Below are positions 34,855-45,381 of a DNA stretch of 64,000 bases, piece after piece. Under the pieces are notes generated by a model, which was not told where the DNA came from, did no database searches, and saw only the letters and a program-made list of their open reading frames with translations. A program made the translations under genes and the position numbers. Where the stretch lies: NCBI GenBank assembly GCA_965195345.1, contig OZ239628.1, forward strand, positions 704,001 to 768,000, given 5' to 3'. Within the stretch, counting starts at the first letter, position 1. Every line of letters begins with the position of its first letter. The DNA is from an uncultured Thiomicrospira sp. (GTDB taxonomy: Bacteria; Pseudomonadota; Gammaproteobacteria; CAKMZV01).

Positions 34855-35772
34855 ATGAAAAAAGTATTTGATATTCCCTCTATTAGCGCCTTGATTGCTT
34901 TTGAAAGTGCCGCTCGCTTAGAAAACTTCTCACACGCCGCGTTAGAGCGGAATACTTCTCAGTCAGCGATCAGTCGACACATAATTGATATCGAATCGCA
35001 GCTTGGCATTAAATTGTTTGATCGCTTAGGCAAGAGAGTTGTTTTAACCGATCAGGGCAAATCCTTTTATAAAGCAATCGCTTTTAGCCTTAACAGCATA
35101 CAAAATGCGATGAATGTGCTAAAAGAAAAGGAAACAGAAAAACAAGTTACGATTACATGTTCGCATGAAATTTCTCATTTATATTTGATGCCAAAATTTG
35201 AAATGTTGCGCTCAAAGCTTGGAGATAATGTTAATATCCGTGTGATGACTTATCAGTCTGGCGATATAGAGAAAAGTTTAGACACTACCAAAACAGACAT
35301 TGTTTTGGGTTATCAAATACACAATACGCCAGAACAGAATCAAGCGGTTCTATTCAAAGAAGCGGTTTGCCCAGTTTGTTCTCCAGCATTTTCTCGAAAA
35401 TTTGGTCTAATACTCAATCAGAAAAACACACTTCACCGCCTGCCCTTGTTGGAACTTCAAGGAAAGGGAATGGGGAAGTTAACTTGGTTGGATTATTTTG
35501 CTCATCATGGATTAGCACCTGAAAAGTTAGACGTGTCCAGTTATCATAGCTATGTTTATTTGCTTGAAGCAGCGATGTCTGGAAAAGGAGTTGCTTTGGC
35601 TTGGCGAGGTTGCATTGAACGCTATTTAGAAAATAAAGGACTGGTTATGGTTGATAAAGAGTACATGGTTAGTGAAAATTACTTACATGCGATGTTAACC
35701 AGTGCTGGTAGTAGGAATGAAATAGCTTGGAGATGCTTTGATTTTTTTAAATCGTTGTCTTCTCGGCAATAA
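34855..35772 (+). CDS. LysR family transcriptional regulator (GcvA-like)
   Basis: AFESAARLENFSHAALE..SQSAISRHI HTH; YLLEAAMSGKGVAL. Confidence 0.92.
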   Translation: MKKVFDIPSISALIAFESAARLENFSHAALERNTSQSAISRHIIDIESQLGIKLFDRLGKRVVLTDQGKSFYKAIAFSLNSIQNAMNVLKEKETEKQVTITCSHEISHLYLMPKFEMLRSKLGDNVNIRVMTYQSGDIEKSLDTTKTDIVLGYQIHNTPEQNQAVLFKEAVCPVCSPAFSRKFGLILNQKNTLHRLPLLELQGKGMGKLTWLDYFAHHGLAPEKLDVSSYHSYVYLLEAAMSGKGVALAWRGCIERYLENKGLVMVDKEYMVSENYLHAMLTSAGSRNEIAWRCFDFFKSLSSRQ

Positions 35773-35937
35773 TTGGCATGCAACAGATTTGTGTATCAGT
35801 CAATATAAAGTAGCTTTTTCTTATTGGTTCATATTCTTCGATATGAGATAAATTATTTTAATCGAAAGCGCTCTGAATTCTGTTATAGTAGCGCGTTCGT
35901 TTTTAATTGTTAGAGCAGAGGCTCAAAAGGAGAATAT

Positions 35938-36906
35938 ATGAAAAAAAGCATATCAATGTTAATAATGGCATTTACTGCATTCTCGTTTGCATCGATAGCA
36001 AACGCAAAAGATTGTGGAGAAGTAACCATCACTGAAATGAACTGGGCGTCATCGCAAGTTATTACAGAAGTATCCAAATTCCTAATGGAACAGGGATATG
36101 GGTGTACGGTTAAAAAGGTACCCTCGGCGACAGTCCCTGCGGTTACATCTCTTGTTGAAACTGGAGAACCAAATATTGTGACAGAATTATGGGTTCTATC
36201 AACTCCCATTTACAATGAATTAGAAGCTGAGGGCAAAGTGCATACTACAGCTGAAGTTTTATCTGATGGCGGTGTTGAAGGCTGGTGGATTCCAAAATAT
36301 TTGGCTGAGAAGCATCCTGAATTAACAACTATTGATGGTCTTTTAGCAAATGCTGATAAGATTGGTAATCGATTCCATACTTGTCCTTCAGGATGGGCTT
36401 GTGAAAAAACCAATGCTAATCTTGCAAAAGCGTATGACCTTGAAGGTAACGGCATTGAAGTATTCCAACATGGATCTGGGCAAACGCTTGCCGCTTCAAT
36501 CGCTTCAGCTTACTCTTCTAAAGAACCTTGGTTTGGCTATTACTGGGCTCCAACAGCAATTCTTGGTAAATATGAAATGGTTTCAGTAGATATTGGTCCT
36601 CATAATGCTGCTGGATGGAGTTGTAATACGGATGCTGCATGTGACAATCCAGTTAAGTCTTCTTACCCTGTTTCACGAGTTATAACCACCGTTACCGATG
36701 ATTTAGCAAGAGACAAACCAGACGTTAAGAACTTGATGTCTAAAGTATCTTTTCCTAACGCAGTTATGGGTGAGATTCTTGCATGGAAAGAAGATAATAA
36801 TGCTTCTGCTGAGGAAGCAGCTGTTTACTTCTTAACTAAATATAAGTCAACTTGGAAAAATTGGTTAAACGACTCTGCGCGTAAAAAACTAAGTCGTTTA
36901 CTTTAA
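35938..36906 (+). CDS. Glycine betaine-family ABC transporter substrate-binding protein
   Basis: Signal peptide, ITEMNWAS, CPSGWAC, GYYWAP motifs. Confidence 0.88.
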   Translation: MKKSISMLIMAFTAFSFASIANAKDCGEVTITEMNWASSQVITEVSKFLMEQGYGCTVKKVPSATVPAVTSLVETGEPNIVTELWVLSTPIYNELEAEGKVHTTAEVLSDGGVEGWWIPKYLAEKHPELTTIDGLLANADKIGNRFHTCPSGWACEKTNANLAKAYDLEGNGIEVFQHGSGQTLAASIASAYSSKEPWFGYYWAPTAILGKYEMVSVDIGPHNAAGWSCNTDAACDNPVKSSYPVSRVITTVTDDLARDKPDVKNLMSKVSFPNAVMGEILAWKEDNNASAEEAAVYFLTKYKSTWKNWLNDSARKKLSRLL

Positions 36907-36937
36907 TCTGAGTACTTTCTTAAACCTTTTAGGTTTC

Positions 36938-36967
36938 AATACCCTGCCAAGCGCAGGGTATTTTTTT
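36938..36967 (+). terminator. Rho-independent terminator
   Basis: AATACCCTGC-CAAGC-GCAGGGTATT hairpin followed by a T-tract. Confidence 0.85.
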
Positions 36968-37034
36968 GTGGGTTAATGATATTTTATATCCTCTATTAAG
37001 AGGCTCTTAGGGTAGAATACCACTCGATGAAAAT

Positions 37035-37110
37035 GGGTGCTTAGCTCAGTTGGGAGAGCATCGCCCTTACAAGGCGAGGGTCGCAGGTTCAAGCCCTGCA
37101 GCACCCACCA
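37035..37110 (+). tRNA. tRNA-Val(TAC)
   Basis: Cloverleaf with acceptor GGGTGCT/AGCACCC, anticodon loop CTTACAA, GTTCAA T-loop, CCA end. Confidence 0.97.
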
Positions 37111-37113
37111 TGC

Positions 37114-37191
37114 GCAGCGGTAGTTCAGTTTGGTTAGAATACCGGCCTGTCACGCCGGGGGTCGCGGGTTCGAGCCCCGTCCGCTGCGCCA
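37114..37191 (+). tRNA. tRNA-Asp(GTC)
   Basis: Acceptor GCAGCGG/CCGCTGC, anticodon loop CTGTCAC, GTTCGA, CCA end. Confidence 0.97.
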
Positions 37192-37227
37192 CTTTACCAT
37201 TTGACGGATATATCGTGTCACCTCTAA

Positions 37228-37926
37228 ATGACAAAAAACCTGCAACAATTACAAAGCCGAATCGGTTATCAATTTAACAATTGTTCAATGCTGGAGCGTG
37301 CGCTGACTCATCGCAGCGCTAGCAGAGATAATAATGAGCGCTTAGAATTTCTTGGCGATAGTATTTTAGAGTTCGTTATAGCGGATAGCTTGTATCAAAA
37401 ATATCCTAATTTGCGCGAAGGAAAACTCAGCCGTTTGCGCTCGAATTTAGTAAGAGGAGATACGTTAGTCGTTTTAGCAAATCGATTTGAAATTGGAAAC
37501 AGTTTATTACTCGGACAAGGAGAGCGAAGTAATGGAGGGGCTCTTCGAGAATCTATTCTTTCTGACGCATTTGAAGCAATTGTAGGAGCGGTTTATCTTG
37601 ATGCTGGTTTGGATAAATGTCAAGAGCTCATATTGATTTGGTTTGAAGATTTTTTTGAAAAACTAAATCCAGACGATATCAATAAAGATCCGAAGACTGA
37701 ATTACAAGAATGGTTGCAGGCGCGTAAATTTACTTTACCTGAGTACAATATTGTAAAAACAACAGGCGATGAACACAGCCGTGAATTTACTGTTAGCTGT
37801 AGTGTAAGTGCTTTAGATGAACTCATTATTGCAATAGGGAAAAGTCGCCGCAAAGGCGAACAGCAGGCAGCAACAAATGCTCTAAAAATACTTAAAAAAG
37901 GTCAGTATGACACAAGCTGCGTTTAA
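37228..37926 (+). CDS. rnc: Ribonuclease III
   Basis: NERLEFLGDS signature; dsRBD KDPKTELQE. Confidence 0.98.
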   Translation: MTKNLQQLQSRIGYQFNNCSMLERALTHRSASRDNNERLEFLGDSILEFVIADSLYQKYPNLREGKLSRLRSNLVRGDTLVVLANRFEIGNSLLLGQGERSNGGALRESILSDAFEAIVGAVYLDAGLDKCQELILIWFEDFFEKLNPDDINKDPKTELQEWLQARKFTLPEYNIVKTTGDEHSREFTVSCSVSALDELIIAIGKSRRKGEQQAATNALKILKKGQYDTSCV

Positions 37927-38806
37927 AAGCGGCATGGTTTCAGTTATAGGAAGGCCGAATGTTGGCAAGTCAACGTTGGTTAATATCTTGGTTGGACAAA
38001 AAATAAGTATTACTTCACAAAAGGTTCAAACCACTCGGCATAGAATTCATGGCATTAAAACATCCAATAGCATGCAGATGGTATTGGTGGATACACCTGG
38101 AATACACAGCGGCACACATAAAAAGGCACTTAACAGACAATTAAACCGTACTGCTAAAACTGCTCTTGATGGTATTGATTGTATTTTGTTATTGGTTGAA
38201 GTTATGCGTTGGACGCAAGATGAGGACACAATTGTTAAATTGCTTCAAGGCATTTCAATACCTCTGGTGGTAGTAATTAATAAAATTGATTTATTATCGG
38301 CTAAGGAAATGGCACTGCCGTTTTTTCAAAAAATCGAACAACATTTACCCGAAAATATCGCAATAGTTCCCATTTCTGCATTGCGCAATGATGGACTTAA
38401 CCATCTTGAAGCTGTTATTGAAAAAGTTTTGCCAGTAGGAGATTTAATTTTCCCAGAAGATTATGTGACGGATAAAAGTGTACGTTTTTTGGTTGCTGAA
38501 ATTGTGCGAGAGAAATTGACGTGGCGATTGAATCAAGAGATTCCTTATGGGATTGCTGTTGATGTTGAACGCTTTGAAGAAGGAAAAACACTTACTAAAA
38601 TAGATGCGGTGATATACGTTGAACGCAAGGTTCATAAGGCGATTGTTGTTGGCAAACAAGGTGAACTTCTAAAGTGGGTCGGGACACAAGCTAGAATAGA
38701 CATTGAAAAACTCATTAATACCAAATTGTATTTAAAACTTTGGGTTAAAGTGCGCAGCAATTGGTCAGATGATGAAGCAGCCATCCATGCTTTGGGTTAT
38801 GAATAG
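37907..38806 (+). CDS. era: GTPase Era
   Basis: GRPNVGKST, QTTR, DTPG, NKID, KH domain. Confidence 0.98.
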   Translation: MTQAAFKSGMVSVIGRPNVGKSTLVNILVGQKISITSQKVQTTRHRIHGIKTSNSMQMVLVDTPGIHSGTHKKALNRQLNRTAKTALDGIDCILLLVEVMRWTQDEDTIVKLLQGISIPLVVVINKIDLLSAKEMALPFFQKIEQHLPENIAIVPISALRNDGLNHLEAVIEKVLPVGDLIFPEDYVTDKSVRFLVAEIVREKLTWRLNQEIPYGIAVDVERFEEGKTLTKIDAVIYVERKVHKAIVVGKQGELLKWVGTQARIDIEKLINTKLYLKLWVKVRSNWSDDEAAIHALGYE

Positions 38807-38809
38807 CGT

Positions 38810-39529
38810 ATGTCTGAAAAACGTTTTTTTGAAGATGAAGGCTTTTTATTACAGCCTGTTAACCGATGGAGAGAATACGATGGTAGGCTTATTTGGTTCG
38901 GGGGAAAAGCAGGTTGTATCGATTTAAATATTTTTGGGGTTTTTGGAAAGAGCAGGCGACGAGCTGCAATTCTTCAATTATTTCATCGTTTAAATATTCA
39001 TTGGGAGCATCGAGGCGATTATCCAGTTGGGGTAGTGAAGTCAGTCGATTTATTGACGAGTCATAAATTAGAAACGCCTTTAAAATTAGCATGTGGAAGT
39101 TACATTAATGAACTGGTAAGGAGGTGCTATAAAGGGGTTGAAGAATGCCATTGGGAGGCGTTGGTTGAGCAAATGAATAGTATCTTTGCAACATTCTTTC
39201 AAATTGAAACGGCAGTGCAAGCGGAGAAGCCTATCCGTCAATTTGAAGCCAACTTACTTTCAATGCAAGGTTATACTGTATACGAAGATTTTCCTACTGC
39301 AGAAGGACGCTATAGGTACAGTCTTGAAGGGGAGTGGATTAGAGATGAACAAGGTTTGAGTCGCAACGAGTTAAAAGGACTTCAAAAAAGTCAATGCGAT
39401 TTATGGCAGACGCCTTGGGATGATGATTTTCGTTTGCGTATTAAACGTATGCATCGACTTATTTTATCTGAACTTTTTGGTAACCAACCGATGCAGGTTA
39501 GAGAGTTTTTTGGAAAAGGAGCGCAATGA
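38810..39529 (+). CDS. recO: DNA repair protein RecO (divergent)
   Basis: Lies between era and pdxJ; remnant motifs GFLL..WRE, LQLF, YINEL, RQFE..LL..GY. Confidence 0.7.
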   Translation: MSEKRFFEDEGFLLQPVNRWREYDGRLIWFGGKAGCIDLNIFGVFGKSRRRAAILQLFHRLNIHWEHRGDYPVGVVKSVDLLTSHKLETPLKLACGSYINELVRRCYKGVEECHWEALVEQMNSIFATFFQIETAVQAEKPIRQFEANLLSMQGYTVYEDFPTAEGRYRYSLEGEWIRDEQGLSRNELKGLQKSQCDLWQTPWDDDFRLRIKRMHRLILSELFGNQPMQVREFFGKGAQ

Positions 39530-40260
39530 CTTTTAAGGCAAGAAAATTGCTCGGAATCAATGTTGATCATGTGGCAACACTTCGACAAGCGCGATTAACT
39601 TCGTATCCCGACCCTGTTGAAGCAGGAATAATTGCTTTAGAAAATGGAGCGGATGCAATTACGATTCACTTAAGAGAGGATCGTCGTCATATTCAAGAAA
39701 AAGACGTTGAACGTTTTTGTTCTCTTAAGGATGTGCGTGTTAATTTGGAAATGGCAAATACCGATGAAATGATTGAGATGGCATTACGTTATCGTCCTCA
39801 AGATGTGTGTATCGTTCCTGAAAAAAGAGAGGAGTTGACTACCGAGGGCGGTTTAGATGTCATTCGACATAAATCAGAATTAAAGGAAAATATTAGTAAG
39901 CTACAAGCAGTTGGCATTCGGGTTTCGCTATTCGTTGAGGCTAATGAAGGTCAAATCAATGCAGCAGCATCAGTAAACGCTAACTTGATAGAACTGCATA
40001 CTGGGCACTATGCCAATTTAGAGTCAATGTCAGAGGAGCAAAAAATAGAGCTGGCAAATTTAGAGCGTATCAGTATTTACGCTCATTCTTTGGGGCTTGG
40101 GGTTAATGCAGGGCATGGATTGAATCGATTAAACGTTAATGCAGTTGCTAAAATCGATCACATAGAAGAATTAAACATTGGGCATTCAATCATAGCAGAT
40201 GCTGTTTTAGTCGGTATAGGACGGGCTACTGCGGATATGCGTCAAGCCATTGATGCTTGA
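39526..40260 (+). CDS. pdxJ: Pyridoxine 5'-phosphate synthase
   Basis: LGINVDHVATLRQAR, HLREDRRHI, TTEGG, NAGHGL. Confidence 0.98.
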   Translation: MTFKARKLLGINVDHVATLRQARLTSYPDPVEAGIIALENGADAITIHLREDRRHIQEKDVERFCSLKDVRVNLEMANTDEMIEMALRYRPQDVCIVPEKREELTTEGGLDVIRHKSELKENISKLQAVGIRVSLFVEANEGQINAAASVNANLIELHTGHYANLESMSEEQKIELANLERISIYAHSLGLGVNAGHGLNRLNVNAVAKIDHIEELNIGHSIIADAVLVGIGRATADMRQAIDA

Positions 40261-40271
40261 GGTATAGAGTA

Positions 40272-40652
40272 ATGACACTTGCTGTTGGCATTGATATAGT
40301 AGAAATTGAAAGGATTTCTAAACTGCTCAAAAGTCAAAATATACGGTTTGTTAAACGCGTATTGAATGAGAAAGAACAAACGCTATTTCATGCAGTCAGT
40401 GCGGTGAATAAAGATGCGTGGTTAGCAAAACGTTTTGCTGCTAAAGAAGCAGTGTTCAAAGCGCTTGGATGTGGGTTGGCACAGGGAGTAACTTTCCACG
40501 ATATTAATGTTTCTAATGATGCCATGGGGAAACCAGAAGTCTCACTACACAAAGAAGCACTCAACAAATTAGCATTGATGGGTGGAGAAAAAGTCCTCGT
40601 AAGTCTTAGTGATGAACGACGCTACGCAATAGCTATTGCGAATATAATTTAA
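40272..40652 (+). CDS. acpS: Holo-ACP synthase
   Basis: GIDIVEI, AKRFAAKEA, SLSDE. ATG 40272 preferred over TTG 40257. Confidence 0.96.
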   Translation: MTLAVGIDIVEIERISKLLKSQNIRFVKRVLNEKEQTLFHAVSAVNKDAWLAKRFAAKEAVFKALGCGLAQGVTFHDINVSNDAMGKPEVSLHKEALNKLALMGGEKVLVSLSDERRYAIAIANII

Positions 40653-40796
40653 ATTACTAGTGTAATTGTGTTTTTGAGGCGTTATTATTGAGGTGCACGT
40701 GACTACTTTGGGTAAAATGTATTGCCTGCAAAGAGATCCTTTGTTAAAAGACCAAATCTTTAATTACTGAACGATAATAAATTTAACGAGTATAGC

Positions 40797-41339
40797 GTGC
40801 AAGAAACTTGGAATGTGATCAAACAGTTACAAATAACGTACGATGCCGAAGCTGATCGGTTATTGTTGGTCTTTGAAGGAGAGGAAATTCAAAAAGCTTG
40901 GGTAACACGGCGACTAATGTTGCTTGTTTGGCCAAAACTTTTGGATTTAATTGAGCAACGATTTGACAAGAACGCATGGGCAATGATTGATTTGCCAAAA
41001 CAAGCCGTTAGTAAAGACTATCGCATTGAACATTCAGCAAAAACACCTCCGTTGATGCAATTGGCTGAAGGAGGGTGTATGGACTCTTTTTTATCGCATC
41101 GACTAACAATGAATTTTGGGGATAATGAAGCAATTGTTTTTCATTTTCTTGATAAAAATGATATGGGAATTTTGATACACTTGTCGAATGAGATGCTCTC
41201 AGTTTTTATAAAGATACTGATGCAATCCTTACAAACTGCTGGCTGGGACTTACCCATGGATAAATTTAAAGAAATTGATCAGTCTCATGTTGCTGTATCA
41301 ATTCCTTATGAAAGTGGTGAAGAGAAAAAACTGCACTAG
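40797..41339 (+). CDS. Hypothetical protein
   Basis: 180-aa ORF co-oriented with neighbours; Y...DRLL...W.TRR and ..AGW.L pattern; no function recognised. Confidence 0.7.
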   Translation: MQETWNVIKQLQITYDAEADRLLLVFEGEEIQKAWVTRRLMLLVWPKLLDLIEQRFDKNAWAMIDLPKQAVSKDYRIEHSAKTPPLMQLAEGGCMDSFLSHRLTMNFGDNEAIVFHFLDKNDMGILIHLSNEMLSVFIKILMQSLQTAGWDLPMDKFKEIDQSHVAVSIPYESGEEKKLH

Positions 41340-41346
41340 GTATTAA

Positions 41347-41526
41347 ATGATGAAACTTCTGTTATTATTGGCATTACTCGGGACGGGCTTTTATTTTTGG
41401 CAAGACGTGTCTCCTTATGCGCATTCTGTTATTCAGTTTTTAGACGAGAAATCTCAATCTTCAAAAGAGACTATTGATAAAGCGAAAGATATTTTTAAAG
41501 ATGTCTCCGAGAAAGAATCTGAATGA
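41347..41526 (+). CDS. Small membrane-anchored hypothetical protein (59 aa, not in ORF track)
   Basis: MMKLLLLLALLGTGFYFWQD...; fills the gap and has an ATGA overlap with the M23 gene. Confidence 0.65.
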   Translation: MMKLLLLLALLGTGFYFWQDVSPYAHSVIQFLDEKSQSSKETIDKAKDIFKDVSEKESE

Positions 41527-42374
41527 ATCTGAAAGCATTACTAGCGATAGGCTTATTTTTTGTAGTCTCTGTGGCTGCAAGCAACAATCTATCTAAATCG
41601 GTTGTATTTGAAGGAGAGTGGACGCAAGGAGGATTGATACGCGGAAAAGCAGATCCAAATTTCCAATTGACTTTGATACAAAATGGCGAGGAGATACCCA
41701 TAGAAATCCATAAAAGCGGTGCTTTTGTATTTGGTTTTGGGCGGGATTCGGCGCTTTCAGGGAAAATTAAAATCAAGCATGATCAAATAATTGAGTATAA
41801 GCATTTTAACCTTTCAAAGCGAACATACAAAATACAACGCATTAATGGCTTACCCCCATCCAAAGTTGATGTGTCGGAAAAAGACTTAAAGCGCATTCGA
41901 TCTGAAGCAAAAGCAATTGGTATAGCTCGAAAGACAAAACATGATGTGGATTATTTCACTCAAAATTTTATCTTACCTCTGCAGGGGATAGTTACAGGGG
42001 TGTACGGATCTCAACGAATTCTTAACGGCAAACCTCGCCGACCGCATTTTGGAATTGATATAGCAAGTCCTACTGGAACCCCAATTAAAGCGCCTGCCTC
42101 TGGTATTGTCACTTACATCAATGATGATATGTTTTTTAGTGGGGGAACGATAGTGCTTGATCATGGTTTCGGACTAAGTAGTAGTTTTTTACATCTTAGT
42201 AAAATTTTGACGAAGATTGGTTCAACGGTACATCAGGGAGAGGTATTTGCCGAAGTAGGGGCAACTGGGCGCGTAACTGGTGCACATTTAGATTGGCGTT
42301 CTAATTGGAAAAATAGACGAGTTGACCCATTTTTGATGCTTGATGATTCAATAAAAAGCACTTTAAAAAATTAA
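41523..42374 (+). CDS. M23 family metallopeptidase
   Basis: HFGID, DHG, HL, TGAHLDW zinc motifs; signal peptide. Confidence 0.92.
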   Translation: MNLKALLAIGLFFVVSVAASNNLSKSVVFEGEWTQGGLIRGKADPNFQLTLIQNGEEIPIEIHKSGAFVFGFGRDSALSGKIKIKHDQIIEYKHFNLSKRTYKIQRINGLPPSKVDVSEKDLKRIRSEAKAIGIARKTKHDVDYFTQNFILPLQGIVTGVYGSQRILNGKPRRPHFGIDIASPTGTPIKAPASGIVTYINDDMFFSGGTIVLDHGFGLSSSFLHLSKILTKIGSTVHQGEVFAEVGATGRVTGAHLDWRSNWKNRRVDPFLMLDDSIKSTLKN

Positions 42375-42385
42375 AAGGATACAGC

Positions 42386-43450
42386 ATGCAATCAGATTTT
42401 AAAAGGCTGTTGGAAACGATAATAATTGATGATCTTGAACAAGATATTATCACCAGTGGAGTTGTGTCACGTTGTGAAGAAAATAGCGATGGGGTCGTAG
42501 AAATAGTACTTAATTTTGTATACCCTAACCAGAGTGAGCATGCGCATATTTCTCAAGACATTATTGATGCTTTTGCAACTTTGGGGAAAGAAGTTAAAGT
42601 AACGATTCATAGTAAAGTTGCAGCGCATAAAGTACAAGAGGGTGTAAAAGCATTTTCGAATATTAAAAATATCATAGTTGTTGCGTCCGCTAAAGGTGGT
42701 GTAGGTAAATCAACAGTTAGTGTCAATCTTGCCTGCGCTTTGGCACAAGAAGGCGCAAGTGTCGGCTTGCTTGATGCAGACATTTATGGACCCAGTATTC
42801 CTACTATGGTTGGCGTAAAGGACAAGCCAACTACCTTGGACGGTAAAACGATGGAACCAATAGAGGCGCACGGCATAAAAACAATGTCAATTGGTTATCT
42901 TATTGAAGCAAATTCCGCAATGATATGGCGTGGTCCTATTTTGACACAGACATTGACTCAATTATTGAATGAGACTAATTGGGGAGATATTGATTATTTA
43001 ATTATGGATTTGCCACCAGGAACAGGGGATACACAGTTAACAATAGCTCAGCAAATTCCTGTAAGCGGTGCTTTAGTCGTTACTACTCCACAAGAAGTTG
43101 CTCTTGCCGATGCACGAAAAGGGTTGGCAATGTTTGAAAAAGTACGTATATCGGTGCTTGGAATTGTTGAGAATATGAGCGGTTATATGTGTCCATGCTG
43201 TGGCAACGAGGAAGCAATTTTCTCTAGTGGAGGTGGTGAGCAATTGGCGCGCCAGTATGACAGCAAATTACTGGGTACTTTGCCCGTACATATGGATATA
43301 CGTAAAGCAGGCGATCAAGGAATTCCTATTGTCATAAAGGAACAGCCTATTAGTGATCGCTATCGTGCTATTGCAAGAAGTGTGGCAGCGACGTTGTCAC
43401 TGAAACAAAAAGAATATTCAGGGAAGTTTCCCAAAATTGTTATTGAATAA
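42386..43450 (+). CDS. apbC: Iron-sulfur cluster carrier protein ApbC/Mrp
   Basis: [32 protein letters not shown]. Confidence 0.95.
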   Translation: MQSDFKRLLETIIIDDLEQDIITSGVVSRCEENSDGVVEIVLNFVYPNQSEHAHISQDIIDAFATLGKEVKVTIHSKVAAHKVQEGVKAFSNIKNIIVVASAKGGVGKSTVSVNLACALAQEGASVGLLDADIYGPSIPTMVGVKDKPTTLDGKTMEPIEAHGIKTMSIGYLIEANSAMIWRGPILTQTLTQLLNETNWGDIDYLIMDLPPGTGDTQLTIAQQIPVSGALVVTTPQEVALADARKGLAMFEKVRISVLGIVENMSGYMCPCCGNEEAIFSSGGGEQLARQYDSKLLGTLPVHMDIRKAGDQGIPIVIKEQPISDRYRAIARSVAATLSLKQKEYSGKFPKIVIE

Positions 43451-43464
43451 ACGATCGATATAAT

Positions 43465-44034
43465 ATGAGTATAAAGTCAGATAGATGGATACGAGAAATG
43501 GCGCATAGCAGTGCGATGATTGAGCCTTTTACCAATGACCAAATTAAATACAATGATGGTGGTCAACGCATTGTTTCTTATGGCACTTCAAGCTACGGGT
43601 ATGATGTGCGTTGCGCTGATGAATTTAAGATATTTACTAATATCAAATCAGCCACTGTTGACCCAAAAGCTTTTAGCAGTGAAAGCTTTGTTGATCATCA
43701 AGGTTCTGAATGCATCATTCCTCCAAATTCTTTTGCCTTAGCGCGCACGATTGAATATTTTCGTATACCTCGAGATGTATTAGTTATTTGTTTGGGAAAG
43801 TCCACTTATGCACGATGTGGGATTATCGTAAACGTAACGCCATTAGAACCCGAATGGGAAGGGCATGTTACACTTGAATTTTCGAATACGACGACACTTC
43901 CTGCAAAAATTTATGCTAATGAAGGTGTGGCGCAATTTTTGTTTTTTCAATCGGATGAAATCTGTGAAACTTCTTATGCTGATCGAGCTGGGAAATACAT
44001 GGGACAAAAGGGCGTGACATTACCTAAGGCTTAA
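43465..44034 (+). CDS. dcd: dCTP deaminase
   Basis: [23 protein letters not shown]; conserved apbC-dcd order. Confidence 0.97.
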   Translation: MSIKSDRWIREMAHSSAMIEPFTNDQIKYNDGGQRIVSYGTSSYGYDVRCADEFKIFTNIKSATVDPKAFSSESFVDHQGSECIIPPNSFALARTIEYFRIPRDVLVICLGKSTYARCGIIVNVTPLEPEWEGHVTLEFSNTTTLPAKIYANEGVAQFLFFQSDEICETSYADRAGKYMGQKGVTLPKA

Positions 44035-44079
44035 TATGAAGTTTTTTTTGCCCCAATCGACTTTGGCGCATTAAAGCGG

Positions 44080-45312
44080 ATGAAAACGCACAGTAAACGC
44101 ATTGGTATTATAGGGGCTGGTATTGCTGGTGTGAGTAGTGCTTGGACCTTGGCGCAACAAGGGCATTCAATTCATCTGTTTGAGCGTCACGATAAAGTTG
44201 CTCTTGAGTGTTCTTATGCAAACGGTGGGCAGATTTCTACATGTAATAGTGAAGTTTGGTATACATGGGGAAATGTTCTTAAAGGTTTAAAAGGGTTGTT
44301 TGACGAAAGCGCTCCTTTGCGAATCAACCCAAAACCATCAGCAGCTAAGTTGCAGTGGTTAATGCACTTTATGCGCCATACTTTGCGCGGTGATTATGAA
44401 AAAAACACTCGGAAATTAATTGAACTAACCGTAGAGTCCAGAGTGCTGTGTGAGGATTTAATCAATAATCAATCCATTGATTGTGATCGCAATGCTCAGA
44501 AAGGAGTATTGCATTTTTATCGTAGTCAGAAAGCGTTTGATGAAGCACAAAAAATTTGTGAAAAATTCTCAGATACAAATTGGGGAAGAACCATTGTTAA
44601 CGCCGAAAAAACCATTGAAATAGAACCGCTCTTAGAAAGTGCTAAAGTCGTTGGAGGTTGTTATACAGCAGATGATTTCACGGCAGATATTCATCTTTTT
44701 TGCGTTCATTTGATTCAGTTGTGCAAGCAGCAATATGCCGTTGATACCCGTTTATCTTTTGCTGTTGAAAACATCGTTAAACAGGGAAAAGAATTTATTG
44801 TCAAAAGCGAACATGGTGAGGAATTACAGTTTGATAATATCGTTATTTCGACGGGAGCAAACACGGATGCTCTGTTATATCCTTTGACTGGTAAAAGGAG
44901 CAGAATTTATCCAGTCAAAGGGTATTCTCTAACGTTTTTTTTGGATGAGGAAGATTCAAGACCAAGAATTGCACTTCTTGATGATGAGAAGAAAATAGTT
45001 TCTGCTTCTTTTGAAAATCGCTTGCGCGTTTCTGGAACAGCGGAATTGAATGATTGGAATTATTCAATAGATAGGAAACGCTTGCTTCCGATGACTGATT
45101 GGGTTCAAGAGTTTATGCCTCATTTAGAAAAGAAAATCAAGGATGAAGCGTATGATTCGTGGGCGTGTTTACGTCCGATGAGTAGCGATATGTTGCCTGT
45201 ATGTGAGCAGGTTGCAGATGGAGTGTTCATTAACAGTGGTATGGGGCACCTTGGTTGGACATTGGGCATGATTCAAGCAGTGCATTTGGCACAATTGGTG
45301 CAATACCAATAG
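44080..45312 (+). CDS. D-amino acid dehydrogenase (DadA family) FAD-dependent oxidoreductase
   Basis: GAGIAG, SYANGGQIS, IYPVKGYS, WACLRP, GHLGWT. Confidence 0.88.
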   Translation: MKTHSKRIGIIGAGIAGVSSAWTLAQQGHSIHLFERHDKVALECSYANGGQISTCNSEVWYTWGNVLKGLKGLFDESAPLRINPKPSAAKLQWLMHFMRHTLRGDYEKNTRKLIELTVESRVLCEDLINNQSIDCDRNAQKGVLHFYRSQKAFDEAQKICEKFSDTNWGRTIVNAEKTIEIEPLLESAKVVGGCYTADDFTADIHLFCVHLIQLCKQQYAVDTRLSFAVENIVKQGKEFIVKSEHGEELQFDNIVISTGANTDALLYPLTGKRSRIYPVKGYSLTFFLDEEDSRPRIALLDDEKKIVSASFENRLRVSGTAELNDWNYSIDRKRLLPMTDWVQEFMPHLEKKIKDEAYDSWACLRPMSSDMLPVCEQVADGVFINSGMGHLGWTLGMIQAVHLAQLVQYQ

Positions 45313-45381
45313 GTTACAACCTAAAAGTGATTCCGTAGATAAGATTATTTAGTGCCGTTTGTAAAAAAGTGGTAAATCAAC

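Noticed and set aside
37035-37191. tRNAs as integration sites
   Set aside because: They are followed directly by rnc, and I saw no duplicated tRNA 3' end or integrase.
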